Of a DNA stretch of 24,605 nucleotides, positions 7,812-16,998 are shown in pieces. This DNA is from an uncultured Prevotellaceae bacterium (GTDB lineage: Bacteria > Bacteroidota > Bacteroidia > Bacteroidales > Bacteroidaceae). The position numbers and the translations under genes are program-made. Numbering within the stretch: position 1 is the stretch's first letter; every line of letters starts with the position of its first letter. Below the pieces are notes generated by a model. The model was not told the origin of the DNA, made no database searches, and saw only the letters and a list, made by a program, of their open reading frames with translations. Where the stretch lies: NCBI GenBank assembly GCA_947306605.1, contig CAMZHB010000001.1, positions 1-24,605 on the forward strand, given 5' to 3'.

Positions 7812-9884
7812 ATGATTAAAAAAGTTTTCATTCCGCTGACAATGGCAATGTCCATTGTATTCTTCGCCAACACTTCGTGTGAAGACAAAATTGACGAAAG
7901 TAACTTGTTCACGTTTACAGGAATGACCATATCAGAATTCCTGGAGTCTGACACAACTTTCAGCGATTTCTATGAAATTCTGAAACACGCCCAAGTGTCC
8001 GTCCGACAGAAAAGTTCCCTTGACAAACTCCTGTCCACACGCGGCAACTACACTTGCTTTGCTCCCACGAACCAGGCCGTCCGCCTGTTTCTCGACTCCG
8101 TCTACGACCACCGGCCCTACGAGATTGACACCATGAGCCAGGAAGTGGCCAACACCATCGTGCTGAACTGTCTCATCGACCACGGCGACGGACAGCCCCT
8201 CCTGAGCACCCAGTTCGTCAGCGGAGCCATCGAATGGACCACCTTCAACGACCGTCACATCATCCTCGACTTCGACACCATCGAGGGCGGACACTTGGCC
8301 GTTGTCCTCAACAACTCATCGCGCATCACCCGCAGCGACATCGAGGTGTCAAACGGTGTGATTCACGCCGTCAACCGCGTGCTCTCCCCCTCCACCGCTT
8401 CCTTGTCGGCCCTGATAGCCGAAACGCCCAACCTGCTCATATTCTCCCACCTGCTTGAAATGACCGGCTGGGCAGACTCCATGCTGCTCTACCGCGACGA
8501 AGCCTATGAACTGCTGCCCGAAGGCTACCTGCAGCCCAAGAAAGGCCAGTCGTGGCAGTGGAAAAAGCCTAATCCCGCCCACCGCTACTACGGATACACC
8601 GCATTCGTTGAGCCCGACAGCGTCTATTGCGCCCAATGGAACTTGCCGGCATTACAAGTCGAGAACGGAAAGATCACGAACTGGAACGAAATATTCCCCA
8701 TCATTGAGCAACGATGCAAGGAAGTCTACACCGACGCCACGAGTGACGACTACACCAATCCTTACAACGCCGTCAACCAGTTTGTGTCGTACCACCTGCT
8801 CGATTTCCGCGTTCCCTTCAACAACCTTGTTTACCACTACAACGAGTTGGGCTATTCCCCAAAGAAGCCCACGCAGCTGACTCTTGACATCTGGGAATAC
8901 TACGAGACTTACGGCAAATTCCGTCGCATGTTCAAGATTACCCACTCAGCCAAAGACGGACGCATGAGCATCAACCGCCACAGTAAATACGACGATGCCT
9001 TCCGCGGCACCTATAAGGAGCTTTCGTGTGACCGCGAGGGCATAGAAGTGCTCAGCAGCAACGGGAAATACACCAACAACGCCCTCAACGGCTACTACCA
9101 TATCATCAATGGCATCCTGCTCTACGACCAGGACGTGCCAAACAAGGTGCTCAACGAGCGCATCCGATTCAACGCCATGGCCACCATGCGCGAGCTCATG
9201 ACCAACGACATCCGCAGCGTCTCCTACACCATCAACGCCAACCACAACATCCCGCGTGGCTACATCACCGACTTCTGGTTCTCCGACGAGACCGAAGTGA
9301 CCTACATCAACCAGATGTCGGAGCACAGCTACGAGGGCTGGCGCGACTTCCAGGGCGACGAACTCCTCATCAGCGGCTTGGTGGACTTCACCTTCAAACT
9401 CCTGCCCGTGCCCTTCGACGGCACCTATGAAATTCGCTTCGGCATGACCAACCAGTCCGGCCGTATCATGGGACAGCTCTACTTCGGCACCAATCCCGAC
9501 AACCTCCAGGCTCTCGGCCTGCCGCTCGACTTCCGCATGTCAACCAGCGACCCCAGCATCGGATGGGTGCCCGACGAGAAAGACGTGGAGATCAACCTCG
9601 AGAACGACAAGCACATGCGCAACCGCGGCTACATGAAAGGCCCCAACCAGTTCGCCGTCAACTCCTACGGCAACGCCATGACGCAGCCCCTGCGCTCCGC
9701 CACCGGCACCAGAAACGCCATCCGGCGCATCATCTACACCGGCAAACTGGAACAGCAAAAGACTTACTACATCCGTGTGAAAACCCTGCTCGAAGGCGTC
9801 ACCACCAACGGTCTCGCCCTTGACTACATGGAGCTCGTGCCCAAATGGGTTTACAGCGGCATCGAAGCAGAGGACATCTGGTAA
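7812..9884 (+). CDS. Fasciclin (FAS1) domain lipoprotein
   Basis: Lipoprotein-type signal MIKKVFIPLTMAMSIVFFANTSC-EDKIDE. FAS1 motifs YTCFAPTNQA and NGVIHAVNRVL, with a second degenerate pair YTAFVEPDSV and NGYYHIINGIL. Start placed at ATG 7812 rather than TTG 7782. Confidence 0.82.
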   Translation: MIKKVFIPLTMAMSIVFFANTSCEDKIDESNLFTFTGMTISEFLESDTTFSDFYEILKHAQVSVRQKSSLDKLLSTRGNYTCFAPTNQAVRLFLDSVYDHRPYEIDTMSQEVANTIVLNCLIDHGDGQPLLSTQFVSGAIEWTTFNDRHIILDFDTIEGGHLAVVLNNSSRITRSDIEVSNGVIHAVNRVLSPSTASLSALIAETPNLLIFSHLLEMTGWADSMLLYRDEAYELLPEGYLQPKKGQSWQWKKPNPAHRYYGYTAFVEPDSVYCAQWNLPALQVENGKITNWNEIFPIIEQRCKEVYTDATSDDYTNPYNAVNQFVSYHLLDFRVPFNNLVYHYNELGYSPKKPTQLTLDIWEYYETYGKFRRMFKITHSAKDGRMSINRHSKYDDAFRGTYKELSCDREGIEVLSSNGKYTNNALNGYYHIINGILLYDQDVPNKVLNERIRFNAMATMRELMTNDIRSVSYTINANHNIPRGYITDFWFSDETEVTYINQMSEHSYEGWRDFQGDELLISGLVDFTFKLLPVPFDGTYEIRFGMTNQSGRIMGQLYFGTNPDNLQALGLPLDFRMSTSDPSIGWVPDEKDVEINLENDKHMRNRGYMKGPNQFAVNSYGNAMTQPLRSATGTRNAIRRIIYTGKLEQQKTYYIRVKTLLEGVTTNGLALDYMELVPKWVYSGIEAEDIW

Positions 9885-9886
9885 CG

Positions 9887-9964
9887 AAGGCCAGGTTTCG
9901 GGGCGCAGAAACGGCGTCTCAAAATAACGAAGTCCCACCTCAAATTGTTGAAGTGGGACTTCTG
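9887..9964 (-). repeat. 21-bp-phased box array, copy 4 (4 boxes); the hairpin plus U-tract may terminate the fasciclin gene
   Basis: Plus-strand boxes AAGGCCAGGTTTC 9887, GAAACGGCGTCTC 9908, GAAGTCCCACCTC 9929 and GAAGTGGGACTTC 9950, followed by TGTTTT. Lies between convergent genes. Confidence 0.88.
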
Positions 9965-10009
9965 TTTTGCCACAGACTGTAACTGCCGGCAACAATTAAA
10001 TCCAGACGA

Positions 10010-11305
10010 TCAAAGCTGCTTCAGTTGGAAATTACGCCAGAGCACCTTAATGTCGTTCCCGTCGTGAATCTGCAGCATCAAGCGGCCCGGAGTATTGCCA
10101 ATGAGTTCGTCCTCCAGGTCTGACATAGGTTCACCATTGAGCCAAGTCTGTACATGATTGCCTTCAACACGCAGGCGCAGAGTGTTCCATTCGCCTTCCT
10201 TCAGGATGCTCTCCTTTTCGTCGGGAATCTGCTGAAGCCAGCCGCGTCCGTACGACTCGTAGATGCCACCCGTGTCACTACCCTTGGGAGCCACCTCGCA
10301 CTGCCATCCGTGAACGGTGTTGGTGCCTTCAATGAAAGAATGGAAGAAGAGGCCGCTGTTGCCGTTCGAAACCTGCTTGAACTCCACAGTAAGGTCAAAG
10401 TCCTTGTAATACTTGCGGGTGCAGAGATAAGCGTACTCCCGCTTGTCACCGTTCTCGGTCACCAGATTACCCTCGCTGTCCACGCTCCACTTGCCGTCAC
10501 CGAAGGATTCCCAGCCCATCAGGTCCTTGCCGTTGAAGAGACTCTCGGTCTGTCCGCCCTTATGAGGCAGAGGACGAATTTTGATGTTCTTGAAAGAAGC
10601 GGGGTCCCCATGGTCCTGCAGGCAGATGACACCTTCACTGGCCAGGCCGTATTCGGGAGCATGAGACCACTTGCCGCTGCCTTTCCTGGCAAACCAGTCG
10701 TCGGTCCAAGCCTCGAACTCCAGTATCTTCTCACCGTTGAGCCAATGCTCCACGTGGCCGTTGTCGAAGACAATCCGCGAATTGTTCCACTCGCCCACGG
10801 GATTAATGTGCATCTTGGTAGAGTCAGGCAGGTGCATGGCATAGTCCACGCCCAGTTTCTGCCACTCTTCGAGTTTCTCGGGAGCATTCACTTCTTCCCA
10901 ACCCTCGTTGTCTATCAACTGATATTCGGGGCCGGTCACATAAGGAACACTGAACACGGGATTCTCCACCACGTGATAGAGCATACCGCTATTGCCGCCA
11001 TGAGTCAGTTTCCAGTCCCAGGAAAGCTCAAAATCTGCAAACTTGCGCTTGGTAACGATGTAGCCGGACTCGTCGGCGCCCTCGCCACTTGCCTGAACGC
11101 AACCGTCAACAGCCGTCCATCCGTTGGACAGCACGGTATCGTTGAAGTTACGCCACTCGGACAGATCCTTGCCATTGAACAGCAGTTCCCATCCTGCCTT
11201 TTTCTCGGCTCTTGTCAGCGAATTGTCCTGAGGTTGCGTCTGACAAGACCAAAGCATTCCACTCATTGCCACTACAGCGAGCAGCGTCAGATTTTTCTTT
11301 TTCAT
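10010..11305 (-). CDS. Tandem DUF1080 (3-keto-glycoside hydrolase-like) lipoprotein
   Basis: Lipobox MLWSC. Two repeats: LFNGKDL...NSG...EYQ...GEWN...LQDHG...FKNIKI, then LFNGKDL...NSG...GEWN...LQIH...WRN. Confidence 0.9.
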   Translation of the reverse strand: MKKKNLTLLAVVAMSGMLWSCQTQPQDNSLTRAEKKAGWELLFNGKDLSEWRNFNDTVLSNGWTAVDGCVQASGEGADESGYIVTKRKFADFELSWDWKLTHGGNSGMLYHVVENPVFSVPYVTGPEYQLIDNEGWEEVNAPEKLEEWQKLGVDYAMHLPDSTKMHINPVGEWNNSRIVFDNGHVEHWLNGEKILEFEAWTDDWFARKGSGKWSHAPEYGLASEGVICLQDHGDPASFKNIKIRPLPHKGGQTESLFNGKDLMGWESFGDGKWSVDSEGNLVTENGDKREYAYLCTRKYYKDFDLTVEFKQVSNGNSGLFFHSFIEGTNTVHGWQCEVAPKGSDTGGIYESYGRGWLQQIPDEKESILKEGEWNTLRLRVEGNHVQTWLNGEPMSDLEDELIGNTPGRLMLQIHDGNDIKVLWRNFQLKQL

Positions 11306-11441
11306 TTCTTTACGTTGGTTTTATGTTTATGAAAGTTTTCTTCTCATCGGTTCGCTTATGACAAAGCCGCCACAGTGAAAACAGGTCGGTTTCCACATCA
11401 TTCTTCTTCAGTCTTACAAAAGACAACGTCTGCAGGCAACG

Positions 11442-11999
11442 CTATTTCTTCCCGAACAGGCGGTCGTAGAGGCCTTTGAAGCCACCGGCGTGACGGGCTT
11501 CGTCGCGTGCCATTTCGTGCACGGAGTCGTGAATGGCGTCAAGTCCGAGTTCCTTGGCACGCTTGGCAATGCGCGTTTTGTCTTCGCAGGCACCCACCTC
11601 GGCGGCAATGCGAGCCTCCAGATTTTTCTTGGTGTCCCACACACAGTCGCCCAGCATCTCCATGAAACGGCTGGCATGGTCGGCCTCTTCGTAAGCGTAA
11701 CGGCGGAAAGCGTCGGCCACCTCGGGATAGCCCTCGCGGTCGGCCTGACGGGCCATTGCCAGATACATGCCCACTTCGGCACACTCGCCCTGGGCATGGG
11801 CCTGGAGGCCCTCCACCACCTCGGCGTCCACACCCTTGGCAATGCCAATGACGTGCTCGGCGGCAAACGTCTGGGCGGCGCCACCTTCTACATATTCCTT
11901 AAACTTACTGGCGGGAACACCGCATTTAGGGCACTTCTCGGGTGCCGAATCACCTTCGTGAATATATCCACATACGGTGCAAATGAATTTCTTTTTCAT
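11442..11999 (-). CDS. rbr: Reverse rubrerythrin / NADH peroxidase (N-terminal rubredoxin, C-terminal ferritin-like domain)
   Basis: CTVCGY...CPKC, followed by the di-iron motifs [14 protein letters not shown] and DEARH. Confidence 0.93.
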   Translation of the reverse strand: MKKKFICTVCGYIHEGDSAPEKCPKCGVPASKFKEYVEGGAAQTFAAEHVIGIAKGVDAEVVEGLQAHAQGECAEVGMYLAMARQADREGYPEVADAFRRYAYEEADHASRFMEMLGDCVWDTKKNLEARIAAEVGACEDKTRIAKRAKELGLDAIHDSVHEMARDEARHAGGFKGLYDRLFGKK

Positions 12000-12032
12000 C
12001 CTTAATTGTCGCTAAATTGATTTTGTACCCCA

Positions 12033-12063
12033 CAAAGTTACGAAAAAACGAGGGCAGAGCAAG
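12033..12063 (-). promoter_or_regulatory. sigmaA promoter of rbr, embedded in the end of the 84-bp repeat
   Basis: Minus strand reads CTTG-N19-TAACTTTG, matching the Bacteroidetes -33/-7 consensus and spacing. Lies 33 nt upstream of the rbr ATG. Confidence 0.75.
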
Positions 12064-12187
12064 AAAAATGAAACAAAGTTTCAAGTTTTTGCTATGCCGA
12101 GTGTCAGTAACTTCTCTAAAGTTACGAAAAAACGAGGGCAGAGCAAGAAAAATGAAACAAAGTTTCAGATTTTTGTCTTGCCGAGTG
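12034..12187. repeat. Tandem direct repeat with 84-bp period (one full unit plus a 70-bp partial unit); each unit is an imperfect hairpin
   Basis: 12034-12083 and 12118-12167 are identical over 50 nt, and the next 20 nt have 5 mismatches. Unit 1 is bounded by AAGTTAC/GTAACTT, with internal pairing GGCAGAGCAA...TGAAAC-AAA-GTTTCA...TTGCTATGCC. Confidence 0.92.
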
Positions 12188-12197
12188 AAAAAAACAA

Positions 12198-12256
12198 CAG
12201 AAACGGCGTTTCAAAATTTTGAGGCGCCGTTTCTGACTTTTGAAACGCCGTCTTTG
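12198..12256 (+). repeat. 21-bp-phased box array, copy 2 (3 boxes)
   Basis: Boxes GAAACGGCGTTTC 12200, GAGGCGCCGTTTC 12221 and GAAACGCCGTCTT 12242. Similarity to copy 1 extends over about 90 bp. Confidence 0.9.
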
Positions 12257-12424
12257 CGTCCGGAAGCGAAACGGCTTTTCCATTTCCTGTCATTTTGTCA
12301 ACTTTTAGTTGCAAAATCGAGCGAAAAGAAGATTTTTCCATGAAAATATAGACAATATTTTATTTTTATAAGCAATAAAGTAACAAAATGACAGCAAAAC
12401 TGCCGATTTTCTTTCAAATTGGTG

Positions 12425-12432
12425 TAAATTTG
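12425..12432 (+). promoter_or_regulatory. sigmaA -7 box for the purF-asnB-carAB operon
   Basis: TAAATTTG(CA), 45 nt upstream of ATG 12478. Confidence 0.65.
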
Positions 12433-12477
12433 CATCCCGAAGGTATCATCCTATTATAATTATACTTTTTACGACCC

Positions 12478-14211
12478 ATGGAACAGTTGAAACATGAATG
12501 CGGTGTGGCATTGATCCGGTTGCTGAAACCGCTGGCTTATTATGAGCAGAAGTACGGCACATGGCGCTACGGGCTGAACAAGCTCTACCTGATGATGGAG
12601 AAGCAGCACAACCGTGGCCAGGAAGGAGCCGGCGTAGCCTGTGTCAGCCTTGACGCACCGACAGGCCGTGAATACATGTTCCGCGAACGGGCCGAGGGAA
12701 CGAACGCCATCACTGAAATCTTCAAACGCATGGACGATTCGTTTGCCGGACAACTGTATATGGGCCACCTGCGCTACTCCACGACGGGCAAGAGCGGCCT
12801 GACCTATGTCCATCCGTTCCTGCGCCGCAACAACTGGCGGTCGAAGAATCTTTGTCTTTGCGGCAATTTCAATATGACCAACATCGAAGAAGTCTTTGAC
12901 TGCATGACTGCCCAAGGCCAATCGCCCCGAATCTATGGCGACTCTTACATCACGCTCGAACTCATGGGTCACCGCCTGGACCGCGAAGTGGAGCGCCTCT
13001 ATGCAGAGGCCCGGGAGCAAGGGCTGCAAGGCACGGACATTACCCGCCACATAGAAGACAACATACAGATAGCAAACGTATTGCGCACGACGATGACACT
13101 TTTCGACGGCGGTTACGTGATGTGCGGACTGACAGGCTCCGGCGAGACATTTGCCGTGCGCGACCCGTGGGGCATCCGTCCCGCGTTTTACTATCAAGAC
13201 GACGAAATCGTAGTGCTCGCCAGCGAGCGACCAGTCATTCAAACCACCTTCGACCTCCGCGCCGGGGACATCAGCGAACTGCAGCCCGGACAAGCGCTTA
13301 TTGTGCGGAAAAACGGTGAAAGCCTTCTGCAACAAATCCTGAACGCAGAGAAATACTCGGCCTGTTCCTTTGAACGCATCTATTTCAGCCGCGGCTCCGA
13401 CCGCGACATCTATAAAGAACGCAAACAGTTGGGCGAGCAGCTCATCAGCCCCATTCTGAAAGCCATTGACGGCGACCTGGCACACACGGTGTTCTCCTAC
13501 ATTCCCAACACGGCCGAAGTGACATTCTACGGGATAACCGACGGTTTCCGACGGCTGAATCACGACGTGAGGATAGAAAAAGTGGTGTGGAAGGACATCA
13601 AACTGCGCACGTTCATCACCGAAGGCACGGAACGCAACGATCTGGCCGCCCATGTCTACGACATCACTTACGGCTCGCTGCGCCCCTACGAAGACAATCT
13701 GGTCATCATTGACGACTCCATCGTGCGGGGAACGACCCTGCGCGAGAGTATCTTCAAGATACTCGACCGCCTCCACCCGAAGAAAATCGTGATGGTGTCG
13801 AGTTCGCCCCAAATACGCTATCCCGATTACTACGGCATCGACATGTCGCACCTTGAAGAACTTTGTGCTTTCCGGGCGGCCATCGAATTAATCAAAGACC
13901 GGAATATGACCGGGCTGATTTCCGACACTTACCGGGCATGTCGCACCGAACCGCAAGCCAAGAACCATGTCCGTGCCATTTATGCTCCCTTCAGTGTGGA
14001 AGAAATCAATGGCAAAATCATCGAAATGCTCCGGCCCGAAGGCATGCAATCACCCGTGGAACTAGTGTTCCAGAGCATTGAAGGCCTCCACAAAGCCTGC
14101 CCCAACCATCCCGGCGACTGGTATTTCACCGGCCATTACCCCACGCCCGGCGGCATCCGCATGGTAAACCAGGCGTTCGTAAACTATGTGGAAAACGTAT
14201 TGAAAGTATAA
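12478..14211 (+). CDS. purF: Amidophosphoribosyltransferase (class II glutamine amidotransferase plus PRTase domain), Bacteroidetes type
   Basis: Propeptide MEQLKHE-CG, NRGQEGAG, GHLRYST, RDPWGIRP, CSFERIYFSR and the PRPP motif IIDDSIVRGTT. Confidence 0.9.
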   Translation: MEQLKHECGVALIRLLKPLAYYEQKYGTWRYGLNKLYLMMEKQHNRGQEGAGVACVSLDAPTGREYMFRERAEGTNAITEIFKRMDDSFAGQLYMGHLRYSTTGKSGLTYVHPFLRRNNWRSKNLCLCGNFNMTNIEEVFDCMTAQGQSPRIYGDSYITLELMGHRLDREVERLYAEAREQGLQGTDITRHIEDNIQIANVLRTTMTLFDGGYVMCGLTGSGETFAVRDPWGIRPAFYYQDDEIVVLASERPVIQTTFDLRAGDISELQPGQALIVRKNGESLLQQILNAEKYSACSFERIYFSRGSDRDIYKERKQLGEQLISPILKAIDGDLAHTVFSYIPNTAEVTFYGITDGFRRLNHDVRIEKVVWKDIKLRTFITEGTERNDLAAHVYDITYGSLRPYEDNLVIIDDSIVRGTTLRESIFKILDRLHPKKIVMVSSSPQIRYPDYYGIDMSHLEELCAFRAAIELIKDRNMTGLISDTYRACRTEPQAKNHVRAIYAPFSVEEINGKIIEMLRPEGMQSPVELVFQSIEGLHKACPNHPGDWYFTGHYPTPGGIRMVNQAFVNYVENVLKV

Positions 14212-14228
14212 CTATAAAAGAGATTCAT

Positions 14229-15893
14229 ATGTGTGGCATCGCGGCAATCCTCAATGTAAAGGAACAAACACAAGAATTGCGTCAGAAAGCATTGCGCATG
14301 AGTCAGAAAATCCGTCACCGCGGCCCCGACTGGAGCGGTATTTATTGCGGAGGTTCAGCCATCTTGGCTCACGAGCGGTTGAGTATTGTTGACCCCGAAT
14401 CGGGCCGGCAACCATTGTATTCTCCCGACGGCAAACAGATTTTGGCTGTCAACGGTGAGATATACAACCATCAGGAGATTCGCAAGAAGTATGCCGGACA
14501 ATACGAGTTTCAGACCGGCAGCGACTGTGAAGTCATCCTTGCGCTCTACCGGAAAAAAGGCGTCGGCTTCTTGGAAGACTTGAGCGGCATTTTTGCTTTT
14601 GTCCTATACGATGAAGAACGTGACGAATTCTTAATTGCCCGCGACCCGATTGGTGTCATACCGCTCTATATCGGTTACGACGGCAACGGGATGATCTATG
14701 TGGCTTCAGAGTTGAAAGCTCTCGAAGGACAGTGTGAACACTACGAATCATTCTTGCCCGGACATTATTATTGGAGCCGGGAACCGGGAATAAAAAGGTA
14801 TTACCAGCGCGACTGGATGGAATACGATGCTGTCAAGGACAACGAAGCCAACGTCCCGGCAATTCGCGATGCACTCGAAAAAGCCGTAAAACGCCAGCTA
14901 ATGTCCGACGTGCCTTATGGTGTTCTGCTTTCGGGCGGCCTCGACTCGTCAGTAGTTTCCGCCATTGCCGAAAAATACAGCGAAATGCGCATTGAAGACA
15001 ACTCCAGAACGAAAGCCTATTGGCCCCGTCTTCATTCGTTCGCGGTAGGACTGAAAGGGGCTCCCGACTTGGCCAAGGCGAAACAGGTAGCCGACCACAT
15101 CGGCACCGTCCACCACGAAATCAACTATACCATTCAAGAAGGGATTGACGCCATTCGCGATGTTATCTATTACATCGAGACATACGACGTTACCACGGTC
15201 CGCGCCTCCACGCCAATGTATCTGCTGGCACGAGTCATCAAATCAATGGGCATCAAGATGGTGCTTTCGGGAGAAGGAGCCGATGAAATCTTCGGAGGAT
15301 ATCTCTATTTCCACAAAGCACCTTCAGCCAGGGCATTCCATGAAGAAACAGTCCGCAAGTTAGGAAAACTGCATCTTTACGATTGTCTCCGTGCCAACAA
15401 AAGTTTGTCAGCATGGGGTGTCGAAGGCCGTGTGCCATTTCTTGACAAAGAATTTCTGGATGTTGCCATGCGGACCAATCCGGAAGCCAAGATGTGTCCA
15501 GGCAATACCATTGAAAAGAAAATCGTACGCGAAGCCTTTGCCAACATGTTGCCCCCTGAAATAGCCGGGCGACAAAAGGAACAATTCAGCGACGGTGTCG
15601 GATACTCATGGATTGACACGCTCAAGGCCATCACTGCAGAAGCCGTGAGCGATGAGCAGATGGCCCATGCCGCCGAGAGTTTCCCTATCAATCCGCCCAA
15701 GAATAAGGAGGAATACTTTTATCGCACCATCTTTGCAGAGCACTTCCCCAGCGACTCCGCTGCAAGAACTGTTCCGAGCGAGGCCAGCGTAGCCTGTTCC
15801 ACAGCAATTGCTTTGGAGTGGGATAAAGCATTCCTGAATCTTAACGACCCCAGCGGACGTGCGGTAAAGGGAGTCCATGAACAAGCATACTGA
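14229..15893 (+). CDS. asnB: Asparagine synthetase B (glutamine-hydrolysing)
   Basis: MCGI start, RHRGPDW, HERLSIVD, VNGEIYN, LSGGLDSS, SGEGADE and EGRVPFLD; 554 aa. Confidence 0.97.
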   Translation: MCGIAAILNVKEQTQELRQKALRMSQKIRHRGPDWSGIYCGGSAILAHERLSIVDPESGRQPLYSPDGKQILAVNGEIYNHQEIRKKYAGQYEFQTGSDCEVILALYRKKGVGFLEDLSGIFAFVLYDEERDEFLIARDPIGVIPLYIGYDGNGMIYVASELKALEGQCEHYESFLPGHYYWSREPGIKRYYQRDWMEYDAVKDNEANVPAIRDALEKAVKRQLMSDVPYGVLLSGGLDSSVVSAIAEKYSEMRIEDNSRTKAYWPRLHSFAVGLKGAPDLAKAKQVADHIGTVHHEINYTIQEGIDAIRDVIYYIETYDVTTVRASTPMYLLARVIKSMGIKMVLSGEGADEIFGGYLYFHKAPSARAFHEETVRKLGKLHLYDCLRANKSLSAWGVEGRVPFLDKEFLDVAMRTNPEAKMCPGNTIEKKIVREAFANMLPPEIAGRQKEQFSDGVGYSWIDTLKAITAEAVSDEQMAHAAESFPINPPKNKEEYFYRTIFAEHFPSDSAARTVPSEASVACSTAIALEWDKAFLNLNDPSGRAVKGVHEQAY

Positions 15894-15896
15894 ATT

Positions 15897-16997
15897 ATGA
15901 GACAAGCAAGATTGATTGTCGATGATGGCAGCGTGTTCTACGGTTGGTCGTTTGGTTCAGAATGTAATGTATCAGGCGAGGTCGTCTTCAACACCGCCAT
16001 GACAGGCTATCCCGAGAGCCTGACCGACCCCAGCTATGCAGGGCAAATACTCACGTTCACATATCCATTGATAGGCAACTACGGTGTGCCTTCGGTGGGA
16101 ACAGGCGACAACGGATTGCCCACACTGATGGAAAGCGGACGGATTCATGTCAAAGCAATCATCGTGGCGGATTACAGTCAAACGTTTTCCCATTGGAACG
16201 CGAAAGAATCGTTGGCAGCATGGCTTCGGCGCGAAGGAGTGCCGGCCCTAACAGGCATCGACACCAGACGGCTGACGAAGTTGCTACGCGAGCATGGGGT
16301 CATGACGGGACGGATTGTGATTGAAGGCGAAGAAGACAACATTGCAACAGAAAGCTATGGTGACATCAACTGGGTGGAACAGGTTAGTTGCAAGGACGTA
16401 ATCACATACTTGCCTGAACGCGCTGTCGACGTACACAAGCGAGTAGTCCTCGTGGACTGCGGTGTCAAGGCAAACATCATCCGTTGCCTGCTCCGGCGTG
16501 GTCTTGAAGTGATACGAGTTCCATGGGACTATGACTTCAACACACACGATTTCGACGGGCTGTTCCTGACAAACGGCCCGGGAGACCCCGACCGTTGCGA
16601 GAAGACGGTGGAACACATCCGACAATTCCTGAACAGCAAGTATCCGAAGCCGTGCATGGGCATTTGCCTCGGCAATCAATTGCTGGCCAAGGCAGCAGGA
16701 GCAAGGACTTACAAACTGAAATATGGGCACCGCAGCCACAATCAGCCAGTGAGAAAGGCAGGGAGCAACCAATGCTTCATCACGTCGCAGAACCATGGCT
16801 ATGCCGTGGACGAAACGACGTTGCCTTCGGATTGGGAGACTCTCTTTGTGAACATGAACGACGGTTCTAACGAAGGTATCCGTCACAAAAGCCACCCGTG
16901 GATGTCTGCGCAGTTCCATCCCGAGGCCTGTTCGGGGCCGGTGGACACGGAGTTTTTGTTTGACGAATTTGTAAACATGCTAAACGCTACGGAATAA
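15897..16997 (+). CDS. carA: Carbamoyl-phosphate synthase small subunit
   Basis: [41 protein letters not shown] and QFHPE, so the catalytic triad is intact. Confidence 0.97.
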   Translation: MRQARLIVDDGSVFYGWSFGSECNVSGEVVFNTAMTGYPESLTDPSYAGQILTFTYPLIGNYGVPSVGTGDNGLPTLMESGRIHVKAIIVADYSQTFSHWNAKESLAAWLRREGVPALTGIDTRRLTKLLREHGVMTGRIVIEGEEDNIATESYGDINWVEQVSCKDVITYLPERAVDVHKRVVLVDCGVKANIIRCLLRRGLEVIRVPWDYDFNTHDFDGLFLTNGPGDPDRCEKTVEHIRQFLNSKYPKPCMGICLGNQLLAKAAGARTYKLKYGHRSHNQPVRKAGSNQCFITSQNHGYAVDETTLPSDWETLFVNMNDGSNEGIRHKSHPWMSAQFHPEACSGPVDTEFLFDEFVNMLNATE

Positions 16998-16998
16998 C

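Noticed and set aside
10154-11332. Long antisense or shadow ORFs (10154-11332, 12469-13851, 718-1581, 4239-5159, 6778-7635 and others)
   Set aside because: They lie opposite or out of frame to well-supported genes, are expected from GC-rich codon bias, and show no recognisable motifs.
12287-12394. 12-bp inverted repeats flanking 84 bp as an invertible promoter switch
   Set aside because: No TAnnTTTG promoter lies inside on either strand and no invertase is nearby. Retained only as operator-like sites.
12419-12434. TTGGTGTAAATTTGCA as a possible sigma54 promoter for the nitrogen operon
   Set aside because: The spacing is GG-N9-GC rather than the obligatory N10, and it fits a sigmaA -7 box (TAAATTTG).
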